DNA of 64,000 nt. Source: a virus (lineage: Duplodnaviria; Caudoviricetes). The notes below the pieces were generated by a model that worked only from the letters and a program-made list of their open reading frames with translations, made no database searches and was not told where the DNA came from. How positions within the stretch are numbered: position 1 is the stretch's first letter; every line of letters starts with the position of its first letter. The stretch lies in the IMG/VR virus record IMGVR_UViG_3300016672_000090, positions 18,739-82,738 of that record; one strand, 5' to 3'. Below are positions 56,977-64,000 of the stretch, piece by piece. The translations under genes were made by a program, and so were the position numbers.

Positions 56977-58050
56977 TTAACCCTGTGCGTTGTCGGCGGC
57001 GGTGATAGCGATCCGCGCGGCGTTTTCGGAATAGCCCAGCTTCATCATGGTCTTGATCTTTTCGTCCATAGGCACAGGCTTATTGACCTTCGTGGCGTGG
57101 GTGCGGCGCAGCTCATCGTTAGCCGCCTTGACCTTCGCCGCCTCCACGGCCTTGCGCTGCTGTGCTGGCTGGGCGGCACGTTCGGCGCGCTTCTCTTCTG
57201 AGGTCTTGATAGTGCGGTCACGTTTGCGAGCGCTGGCGGCCTTGTCGATGAACGCCTGCTGTTCCTTGACGGTCATAACACGCTGCTTACCACTCAGCGT
57301 CTTGCGCCCGTGCTCGATCATGCGTAGAGCGAAGTGGTTGAACGTGGCGCCGTGGCTAATGGCGCCCATCACCTTTAGGACGTGCTTGCAGGCCACGCCA
57401 CGCAGCGCCGGGTTGCGGATCTTGGGGAACCCGTCCTCAGACCGCCCATAGTTGAAGTTGGCAGCGCTGGCGATGAAGCGTAGAAAAAACGTGTGGTGCT
57501 TGCAGTCGCAGTCAAAACGAACCTTCCCGCGCCCCAGCAACTTGGCCGCATCAGCAGCAGAACCGCCGCCGGACACTGCCAGGTCATAACTGAGGAACTG
57601 CACCATGACATGGTGGCGGGCCACGTTTGAGTTAGGGCCTGAGTTGGTCTGAAAGTGAACTACGCCTGCACGGTTACCGACTGGCATTACCGTATGGATC
57701 TGTGCGTTAGACCGCTCACGGTCAGCAGTGAGCGAGTAATCTATTACCCGTCTAACCAGTATCCCGCCAGATGCCTGCTTGCTGTGCTGGCCATGCACAC
57801 GCTGAATGTCCTTTACCGCCGCCCTGAACGCCAGAATATCGTCATGCCCCAGCAGTCGAGGCTTACCGTCAATTGTGGTGAATAGCGCCCGCTTGGGATC
57901 GTAAAGCCCGCCTAGGTCATCAGCAGACAGGATCTTGGCGTTATCCCCTAGTCGGCGTTGTAGATCGAACTCAAACGCCTCTCTGGCCTGCTTAGCCGAC
58001 TTGCGGGCGTCCTGCACAATGTCCGAACGGTTCTGGTCCTTGGCAGCCAT
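56977..58050 (-). CDS. SWIM-type Zn-finger morphogenesis protein
   Basis: CDC...(x~33)...CKH pattern, basic C-terminus. Confidence 0.55.
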   Translation of the reverse strand: MAAKDQNRSDIVQDARKSAKQAREAFEFDLQRRLGDNAKILSADDLGGLYDPKRALFTTIDGKPRLLGHDDILAFRAAVKDIQRVHGQHSKQASGGILVRRVIDYSLTADRERSNAQIHTVMPVGNRAGVVHFQTNSGPNSNVARHHVMVQFLSYDLAVSGGGSAADAAKLLGRGKVRFDCDCKHHTFFLRFIASAANFNYGRSEDGFPKIRNPALRGVACKHVLKVMGAISHGATFNHFALRMIEHGRKTLSGKQRVMTVKEQQAFIDKAASARKRDRTIKTSEEKRAERAAQPAQQRKAVEAAKVKAANDELRRTHATKVNKPVPMDEKIKTMMKLGYSENAARIAITAADNAQG

Positions 58051-58346
58051 CAGCGAACCGACCTAACAGCCGTAGTGATACCGCACTTCTCTTTGAGATA
58101 GCGCAGATACGCAATCGTAGGCAGTACCAGGTCTTGCTCTTTGAGTTCGGCGTCGACATTTGGTAGACCAGCAGCCGCGAGGATCACGCGTGTCTCTGTA
58201 GCGTCTCCCAGCGCCCGCCGTGCTACTGCCGACAGGTTGTATCGCTCACTTGGCAGCGTGCGGACAACTTGGCAGTTTGCGGAATAGGTCGGCTCAGTGG
58301 TGGCAAACCTGCGCACCTCTCGATAAAACCGTGACTCTTCGATCAT
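58050..58346 (-). CDS. Small baseplate (LysM/gpX-like) protein
   Basis: ER.NLSAVARRALGD....VILAAAGL. Confidence 0.55.
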   Translation of the reverse strand: MIEESRFYREVRRFATTEPTYSANCQVVRTLPSERYNLSAVARRALGDATETRVILAAAGLPNVDAELKEQDLVLPTIAYLRYLKEKCGITTAVRSVR

Positions 58347-58376
58347 GTCCATTCCCCCCATAGATAGCCAGGAGGT

Positions 58377-58418
58377 AGTTTCACATGCCGGGGGGATGGG
58401 ACTGGCCGGCGCTTTGCA
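58377..58418 (-). promoter_or_regulatory. Putative late promoter
   Basis: TGCAAAGC; GAAACT 30 nt after GCAAA. Confidence 0.62.
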
Positions 58419-58504
58419 CGCCAAGCTCAGGGGGGGAGGAAGTCTAGTTTTCAAGGGGTAGATTTAGACTTGATGTCCAACCAATTTAGACAAGCCGCTG
58501 GCGC

Positions 58505-58729
58505 TTACTCCGTCATTAGCTGGTGACGCAACGCCTTTGCCTCACGCGCCAGCAGCTTGGAGTACTCAGCAGCCTCAACACTCTTTACCTCAAGGGCAAC
58601 CATAACTGCTGGCAGCTGCTTCTCTGGCACATACCGACCCCAGCCGTAAACGGTTTGGAAGGCTAAACCTAGCGCCTGCGCAACGGCCTTTTTATTGCCG
58701 AGGAGCTCAACCAATCGTGCTACTTCCAT
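58505..58729 (-). CDS. Cro-like HTH regulator
   Basis: LGNKKAVAQALGLAFQTVYGW...VP. Confidence 0.75.
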   Translation of the reverse strand: MEVARLVELLGNKKAVAQALGLAFQTVYGWGRYVPEKQLPAVMVALEVKSVEAAEYSKLLAREAKALRHQLMTE

Positions 58730-58832
58730 AAATTCCTACCTGAATTAATAAGCTGGTAATTATAATATTTATTCAGCATAACAGAAGCGCAAGGCAATCC
58801 GCGTCGACGCGCATTGAATATAGATCCAAAGT

Positions 58833-58866
58833 AAAAAAGCCCGCTCGATAGTCTCGATACGGGCTT
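58833..58866 (-). terminator. Intrinsic terminator
   Basis: AAGCCCG/CGGGCTT stem plus T6. Confidence 0.7.
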
Positions 58867-58868
58867 AA

Positions 58869-59020
58869 TGGGTGAGAGCGCCAGGGAATAACCCTGTCCT
58901 TGCTGAACTACCGACAGCTATAACCGGGCCGCCGGGCCGTGCGCTAGGCGGCGTCTCTAAGGATAATCGCGACCCCTAGTGTTTGTGCGCTGGAACTATT
59001 TTGTAGTGAGATTTGAACTC
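58869..59020 (-). ncRNA. Putative structured tRNA-like RNA (152 nt)
   Basis: GAGAGCG/CGCTCTC closing stem ending ACCCA, internal hairpins incl. TGAG-TTCAAAT-CTCA and CAGGG-TTATT-CCCTG, followed by a terminator. Confidence 0.45.
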
Positions 59021-59091
59021 ATTCGCTCTCTTGAAAGCTGTGTGAAAGCTACTGATTAAAGCCTATCACAGGCTGGACACCCGTACGCAGA

Positions 59092-59904
59092 TCAGCTCCA
59101 CAGACCCTGTTGCACGCCCCACTCACCGCGCAAGTACTCCAAGTTCTGCTGGATTTCAGCTTCACTCAGTACGCGATTGAAGTAAGCAACAAGCATGACG
59201 GTGGATTGGCCGGTGAAGCTATAAGGCGAAGCGCCAATTCTCAACGGTGGGCCGAAGGCCGCTGGGGGGCGCGAGAAGGTTGGCGCTCCAGATGCGTAGG
59301 CCTGCTTCAGCAACGTAGCGCCTGGTGTCGGGAGCATGCCCACCATATGGCGATCAGGTGCCCCAGTGAACGTACCAAAGATTGCCATCGGAGCCGCTGG
59401 TGGCAGCGATACGTTCAAATAAGCCGCTGGCGAACCTTGGGGAGTAACGCCATCACCCGGACAACTGGCTGCTGCGCCTACCACCTGACCGGCACCACTG
59501 AAGTTGGTGCCACACCACAGAACGTCGCCGTTACCGCTTCCGCTTGCCGGAGCGTTATAGCCGGATACGACTGGGATCGAAGCGCCAAAGTTGGCTGGGG
59601 CACTTTGTGGTTTTGCGATTGCTAGGATTGTCCCTTGCGGGCGGGCCTGCATGTTCATGCTGTAGTAGTTGCTGTGATCACAAACCGCGCCATTTTCCAG
59701 CAATGCTGGGGAGCCCACTTTAATCAGTGGGGCGCCGCCAGAAACAAAGTTCTGGATTTCGCGGCCACCCGAATCACGCAGGTAGTAGAGGCCCAGCAGC
59801 CCAGCAGTAACTGGCAAACGCGGAGTGACGTCCAAGAACGATTTAAGCGTTGGGTAGCCAGTACCTGGAAGGGTCACGCCGGTGAGTCGAAGAACGTTGC
59901 TCAT
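59092..59904 (-). CDS. ConA/LamG-like beta-sandwich protein
   Basis: Gly/Pro/Ala beta-rich; ends VAYFNRVLSEAEI typical of LamG-like domains. Confidence 0.55.
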   Translation of the reverse strand: MSNVLRLTGVTLPGTGYPTLKSFLDVTPRLPVTAGLLGLYYLRDSGGREIQNFVSGGAPLIKVGSPALLENGAVCDHSNYYSMNMQARPQGTILAIAKPQSAPANFGASIPVVSGYNAPASGSGNGDVLWCGTNFSGAGQVVGAAASCPGDGVTPQGSPAAYLNVSLPPAAPMAIFGTFTGAPDRHMVGMLPTPGATLLKQAYASGAPTFSRPPAAFGPPLRIGASPYSFTGQSTVMLVAYFNRVLSEAEIQQNLEYLRGEWGVQQGLWS

Positions 59905-59913
59905 AGAGTCGCC

Positions 59914-61473
59914 TTATTTCAGTAGGTAGTTATAAATATGGCGGCAAAGGATTTCGGCGCCGTAAACATTCAGGTGCAAGTCGTCCATCCACAGGCCAAG
60001 CCCGTTGGACTTTGCGAACAACGGAAAGATGGAGTGGATGTCAGCAAACTCGCAGCCCGTAGCACGGGCAATTTGCTGTCCAAGGTCACGAAAGGTAGTC
60101 AGGGGTTCGGCGGCCACACCGTTGCTGTCAGGGGGCGCGATAATGATGATGCCCACGTCCGGACGGCCTTCGCGATGCTTGGCGATCATGCCTGTCAGCC
60201 CGTCGATATACCCCTGCACATCACCAGCGCGATAATCATTGGTTCCCAGGCTGATAATCAGCAGGTCGGCTTCGAGATCGGACGCGTAATCCGCGATATA
60301 GGGCAGCATCTTTACCGCGTACCCGCCGCGCAATCCGCCGCGCCCACACTTCAAAACCTCAAAGCCAGAGACATCGCGCGTGGCGTAGAACCCGTACAAC
60401 GTGACGGTGCTGGCATTACCGGTCGTATCGATTTGCAGTTCATGGGCTGCATCAGGCAAGCCCTCGACAACGATCTTTTCCCGTGCACCCAAAACGCCTG
60501 AAGGGGCCGTGGCCCAGTCCCCGCCGTCAACCCGATAACGGAAAATGCCTGGCCCGCCCCGGTAGTAGATGACAATTTTGGTAGCGGTCAGGTTGCTGAT
60601 TTTTACGGTCGCGTTTGACAGGTTCGTGGTGATCGATCCACCGTCGAATGCACAGCCATATTCGGGCGGTAACGGCGTGGCACTGGCGTCGTACAAGGTC
60701 CACCCCGTACGCGAAGCGGTCACCCCGTTGGTCATGCGATTCAGCAAGGCGCTAATCCAGCCATAGCCCGCCCGGCCATAATCCAGCGCCAGCAAATCAC
60801 CCATTTTGTTGGGAATGGTGTCCAGGTCACTCCAAGAGTCACCGGCAAACATCACTTTCAACTTTGCGGAAGCGCCATTTTTCAAAAGCGCGCACTTGGC
60901 TTTGTAAAGCCAAAGTGATTTGCCTGTGGTTGTAAGTAGCTGGTTAAGATCAACAGGGAGATTGGCAATACTCGCTTCGACAATCGCCTTAACTGCCGCT
61001 GTCAAACTTGGACCAAGGCCCACGGCCTCCAACATGCCTTTATCTAACCAGATGGCAACCTTGTCGCCATGATCCATTAAAACTGGTACGCGTGATGGGT
61101 CATATGGCTGGAAGACCTCAAGGCCAAGTGCCTTACGAAGAACTGGCCCCAGCCCCAGAGCATCCAACATGCCTTTATCTAACCAGATGGCAACCTTGTC
61201 GCCATGATCCATCAGAAAAGGAACAAAGGAATCGTCCTGAAGTTTGACAGGCAACAAGCCAATGTCCGCTAAAATAGTAGGGCCGAGCCCCATCGCATCA
61301 AACTTGCTGTCATCAAACCAAGCGGGAACATTGCCTACTTCGTCAACAACGAACGGCACCATTTTGCTGTTCACAATGACGCGCAGTATTTTTTCAGCAA
61401 GCGCAGCATTCAACTCAGGCAGGTGAGCAACCTCAAGGATTTTAAGTGCAGCTGATAGCTCTACAGTCTCCAT
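59914..61473 (-). CDS. SGNH/GDSL hydrolase with N-terminal repeats
   Basis: AGDSWS, LGTND, D.LH blocks; three ~45-aa repeats. Confidence 0.82.
   Translation of the reverse strand: METVELSAALKILEVAHLPELNAALAEKILRVIVNSKMVPFVVDEVGNVPAWFDDSKFDAMGLGPTILADIGLLPVKLQDDSFVPFLMDHGDKVAIWLDKGMLDALGLGPVLRKALGLEVFQPYDPSRVPVLMDHGDKVAIWLDKGMLEAVGLGPSLTAAVKAIVEASIANLPVDLNQLLTTTGKSLWLYKAKCALLKNGASAKLKVMFAGDSWSDLDTIPNKMGDLLALDYGRAGYGWISALLNRMTNGVTASRTGWTLYDASATPLPPEYGCAFDGGSITTNLSNATVKISNLTATKIVIYYRGGPGIFRYRVDGGDWATAPSGVLGAREKIVVEGLPDAAHELQIDTTGNASTVTLYGFYATRDVSGFEVLKCGRGGLRGGYAVKMLPYIADYASDLEADLLIISLGTNDYRAGDVQGYIDGLTGMIAKHREGRPDVGIIIIAPPDSNGVAAEPLTTFRDLGQQIARATGCEFADIHSIFPLFAKSNGLGLWMDDLHLNVYGAEILCRHIYNYLLK
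61028..61212. repeat. 50-bp exact direct repeat (135-bp period) within the SGNH gene
   Basis: 61028-61077 equals 61163-61212; encodes MDHGDKVAIWLDKGML. Confidence 0.9.
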
Positions 61474-61476
61474 TAT

Positions 61477-61641
61477 TTAGCCCCTTCTTCTGACGACCCG
61501 CACGCCGTTAAATTCAACAAAACTTCCATTCGAAACAACCACCTTTGAATGAATCAAAAATCCAATATTTTTTGGACCGCTTACCGAATTAGTAGCCACA
61601 CGCAAACAGACCGAACGTAAAATCGGGAGCAATACGCCCAT
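61477..61641 (-). CDS. 54-aa ORF not in the ORF track
   Basis: MGVLLP...VVSNGSFVEFNGVRVVRRRG*; fills the gap between coupled genes. Confidence 0.5.
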   Translation of the reverse strand: MGVLLPILRSVCLRVATNSVSGPKNIGFLIHSKVVVSNGSFVEFNGVRVVRRRG

Positions 61642-61644
61642 GCG

Positions 61645-61932
61645 TCAACCCAAGTCCGCAAAGACACCAAAGGGTGCGCCCTTGTATTCAGGTCTACTTA
61701 CGATGAAAGTACCGGGACCTAACAGAGCTGTAGAGCGTGAGGCTTGATATAGGCGCCCTACTATGTTTCTGGCGCCGGGTGTGGCTTGCTTGATTTCAAA
61801 CTGCACACCGACCGGCGCCGACTCATCCGAGGCGGAATAGATACCAACCATGGCCACAGCTCCAGCAGAAACCACAATCTCACTCGATATGGCTGCTATA
61901 TTGCCTGGCGCTAATATTGATACTGCTGTCAT
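61645..61932 (-). CDS. Small beta-rich virion protein
   Basis: GGAGG RBS, first gene after a late promoter. Confidence 0.55.
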   Translation of the reverse strand: MTAVSILAPGNIAAISSEIVVSAGAVAMVGIYSASDESAPVGVQFEIKQATPGARNIVGRLYQASRSTALLGPGTFIVSRPEYKGAPFGVFADLG

Positions 61933-61967
61933 GCCATGCCTCCAAGCCAGCCACTTTATAAGCCCCC

Positions 61968-62009
61968 ATCTTATGGCGCCGAAAAGCACTTAAAAGCTCA
62001 TGGTTTGCA
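61968..62009 (-). promoter_or_regulatory. Putative late promoter (SGNH module)
   Basis: TGCAAACC; TAAGAT 30 nt after GCAAA. Confidence 0.72.
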
Positions 62010-62033
62010 CGATTTCAGCAACTTATAGCCAAC

Positions 62034-62058
62034 AAAAAACCCGCCATTTAGGCGGGCT
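62034..62058 (-). terminator. Intrinsic terminator
   Basis: CCCGCC/GGCGGG stem plus T-tract. Confidence 0.7.
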
Positions 62059-62075
62059 TCATGAGAGCTTCTTGA

Positions 62076-62558
62076 TTACTCCCCTGGATCATCCTCAGAT
62101 TCTTCACTAACACTCAGTTCAAGCGGAAACTTGCTGAACATCGAACTAATCACGATCAGCGCAGCGCGCATGCCTTTGGAAAATTCTGCGCTTATTGCCA
62201 CTGGTGCGGTGCCAACACCAAATACCAGTTCTTTGCCTGGCGTAGCGTGCTTAAGGAGCAGCTCTACTTGCGCCATACGGTTCTCGTGCCATTTGGCAAG
62301 GAAGCGCACGCCTTCGACCGACTCAGGCATGTGCACCGCGCACTTGATCAGCGCTTCAAACTCTTGCGTGGCCAGCTCGTAATCGTCTTTAGCGTCATCC
62401 GTCACGAACGGGTGATCAATCCTGCTGAATTGCTCTGCCAATGCCTGCTGGCGACCCATCACTTCGGAAATTATCCGCTCACGGGCTTCATCTGGGGTTT
62501 CTGGCGGATCACCGGCGATAAGGCTGGAAAGGTCGGGGGTTTCGTTCTCGTGGTTCAT
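62076..62558 (-). CDS. Hypothetical acidic protein
   Basis: 160 aa, ATGA-coupled. Confidence 0.6.
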   Translation of the reverse strand: MNHENETPDLSSLIAGDPPETPDEARERIISEVMGRQQALAEQFSRIDHPFVTDDAKDDYELATQEFEALIKCAVHMPESVEGVRFLAKWHENRMAQVELLLKHATPGKELVFGVGTAPVAISAEFSKGMRAALIVISSMFSKFPLELSVSEESEDDPGE

Positions 62559-62938
62559 TCTGGCGATTCCGGTGGGTAGGTTGGGGCTTTTTTGCGGCGG
62601 TGGTTGTGCTCGATCAGCTCAACTATCGTTTTGACGCAATTCCTGCGCGCCAGCGTGTAGTTGCCCACAGTAGTAACCACTGTGATTGCGATGTTGCTTC
62701 CGGTCCTGGTACGAATGATTTCGGTAATGTGAGTGCGCTTGACCAGTACTCCACGATTCAAGCGAACTAGATCAGGCAGAGCCGCCTCGATAATTTTTAG
62801 TGTCATGCCGTCTGACAGCAACCACTCACAACCATCAGGCGTTATGCCCATCACATACTTATTGTCGGCCTTGAATGCCGCGAAGGTGCGGGCGTTCTTG
62901 CAATGAAATTGCGTTCCCCGGTACGCCTTCAAAATCAT
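62555..62938 (-). CDS. Stand-alone LytTR DNA-binding protein
   Basis: FKADNKYV...TLK.IE..L.DLVRLNRG.LV...I.EI. Confidence 0.7.
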   Translation of the reverse strand: MILKAYRGTQFHCKNARTFAAFKADNKYVMGITPDGCEWLLSDGMTLKIIEAALPDLVRLNRGVLVKRTHITEIIRTRTGSNIAITVVTTVGNYTLARRNCVKTIVELIEHNHRRKKAPTYPPESPE

Positions 62939-63061
62939 TGACTTATATCCTTGTTTTTCTGTTTGCTTGGATTAGGGGGCGGACAAATAAAAACATCCCT
63001 ATACATTCATCCGGCGAAGTAAACCGATATTTTGATTAAGAATATCGAGCTATTTATTCTG

Positions 63062-63511
63062 TTAAGCGGAGCGAATCCGGGCGGCTTTCGCTATGTCCGC
63101 GTCTATGGTTGCATCCCAGTGCTCTGGCTTCACGTTCATGTCCAGGCGCTCGATAAGGCCGCCAGCTTCCCATGTATCTTTGAGGTGCTCGTAACGAACT
63201 GAATTCAGCTTAGTCAACGCCAGCTCTTCGCGCGCCCTGGCCAAGTCATATTCCAGGTAGGACACGAACTCGTGAGCGCCAGCAAGACGATCTATCTTGT
63301 CGCACGCCTCAGAATCAGCGCAAAGGAGATTACGCAGTTCATCCACGCGCCAATAGCTGCTGTAATCGCCTGATTCGCCGTTTGGAGAGCTGCCTAGCAG
63401 TCGATCAATGCCATCCTCTGGACAGATGCGAGCGAGGATCGAAACAGCCTCAGCGCGGCCTTGTGCACGGGCACGCCGGATAACTGCCTGGATTGATTTA
63501 CTCTTTTTCAT
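63062..63511 (-). CDS. Hypothetical protein
   Basis: 149 aa ORF. Confidence 0.55.
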   Translation of the reverse strand: MKKSKSIQAVIRRARAQGRAEAVSILARICPEDGIDRLLGSSPNGESGDYSSYWRVDELRNLLCADSEACDKIDRLAGAHEFVSYLEYDLARAREELALTKLNSVRYEHLKDTWEAGGLIERLDMNVKPEHWDATIDADIAKAARIRSA

Positions 63512-63677
63512 TGGGCGCCTCTTTGAATACGATCTTGGTCTTTGTCATGCGGACGAATACAGCGTTAGGCCCAGCCAACGCACCCAACTCCTTCATGTAC
63601 TCGGCTACGCGCGATACTGTCATGCTGGTAAATGCTGCACCGTGAAGCTGGAACTCAATTTCAGCCTCCTGCTTCAT
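63498..63677 (-). CDS. 59-aa ORF not in the ORF track
   Basis: MKQEAEIEF...KEAPNEKE*; overlaps both neighbours. Confidence 0.45.
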   Translation of the reverse strand: MKQEAEIEFQLHGAAFTSMTVSRVAEYMKELGALAGPNAVFVRMTKTKIVFKEAPNEKE

Positions 63678-64000
63678 GGCGCTGCATTCCCGCAGATCCG
63701 CGCCAGCTCAGCGTCTGGTATCAGCGTATGCGCCTCGATAGCTCCAGATAGGTGCGCCAACAATGATTCGGCATCAGTGATCACCATGCTGCGTTCGCTT
63801 TGGTTCTCGTCGTGGTTGTGCTCGTTATCCACTAGGTACTGGAGCAGGAACGCCAACGCACTGGCCTGTGTCTCGGCAGTAGCGCGCATTTCAGCCGGAG
63901 TTTTACCCTCTACCCGCTGTAGGGTGACAACGAGCCGCCCTAGGTCCGGGTGCTTGGTGCTGTTAAAGCGCAGCTCCAGGTAGTTGATAGCCGGGCTCTC
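63674..64000 (-). CDS. Hypothetical protein, 5'-truncated by the window edge
   Basis: Frame stays open from 64000 (ESPAINYLELRF...GKTPAEM). Confidence 0.55.
   Translation of the reverse strand, partial: ESPAINYLELRFNSTKHPDLGRLVVTLQRVEGKTPAEMRATAETQASALAFLLQYLVDNEHNHDENQSERSMVITDAESLLAHLSGAIEAHTLIPDAELARICGNAAP

Larger units (their letters stand above)
1..64000. mobile_element. P1-like phage-plasmid / temperate myophage (internal segment)
   Basis: Head, contractile tail, baseplate and lysis genes together with RepA+iterons, ParA/RHH, an integrase and DarA/Hdf-like genes; no host genes seen. Confidence 0.92.

Noticed and set aside
58869-59020. Canonical tRNA or tmRNA
   Set aside because: Arm order and length do not fit a tRNA and there is no tmRNA 5' end or tag ORF; kept only as a putative ncRNA
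61028-61212. DGR template/variable repeat pair
   Set aside because: Copies are identical, in frame and tandem; no adenine-specific mismatches and no reverse transcriptase in the window

Overview
The whole 64 kb window is an internal segment of a large P1-like (contractile-tailed) temperate phage-plasmid, most likely from Pseudomonas (NdpA, RdgC, SSB, tail fibres and Aca1 are Pseudomonas-type). No host chromosomal flank is visible. Layout: leftward early genes (ndpA, ASCH, dUTPase, Ref nuclease, lytic replication initiator, repressor-like HTH; 1-10.3 kb); rightward ssb-rdgC and a P4-type tyrosine integrase with phage genes on both sides (10.4-14.7 kb); lysis cassette (14.8-16.8 kb); tail tube, sheath and major capsid (16.8-25.9 kb); an anti-defence block with a virion DNA-methyltransferase polyvalent protein, small ORFs, an aca1 operon carrying two uncharacterised anti-CRISPR candidates, and DarA-/Hdf-like proteins (25.9-40.7 kb); plasmid functions (ParA, RHH ParG-like, orphan HigA, iteron origin, RepA; 37.4-42.6 kb); baseplate, tail fibres, GH19 tape measure, protease and portal (42.6-58.4 kb); a Cro-like HTH, a putative tRNA-like ncRNA and an SGNH-esterase/lectin module (58.5-62 kb); and more early ORFs including a LytTR protein. 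No terminase lies in the window. Best leads: (1) an Aca1-operator-controlled operon with new Acr candidates; (2) a 12-copy late promoter YGCAAASY with an NANNNT -10 box 30 nt after GCAAA; (3) a 152-nt cloverleaf RNA; (4) a recurrent AATCGCCAGAGA leader motif; (5) dispersed centromere-like boxes. All family assignments come from motif recognition and recall, not from database searches.
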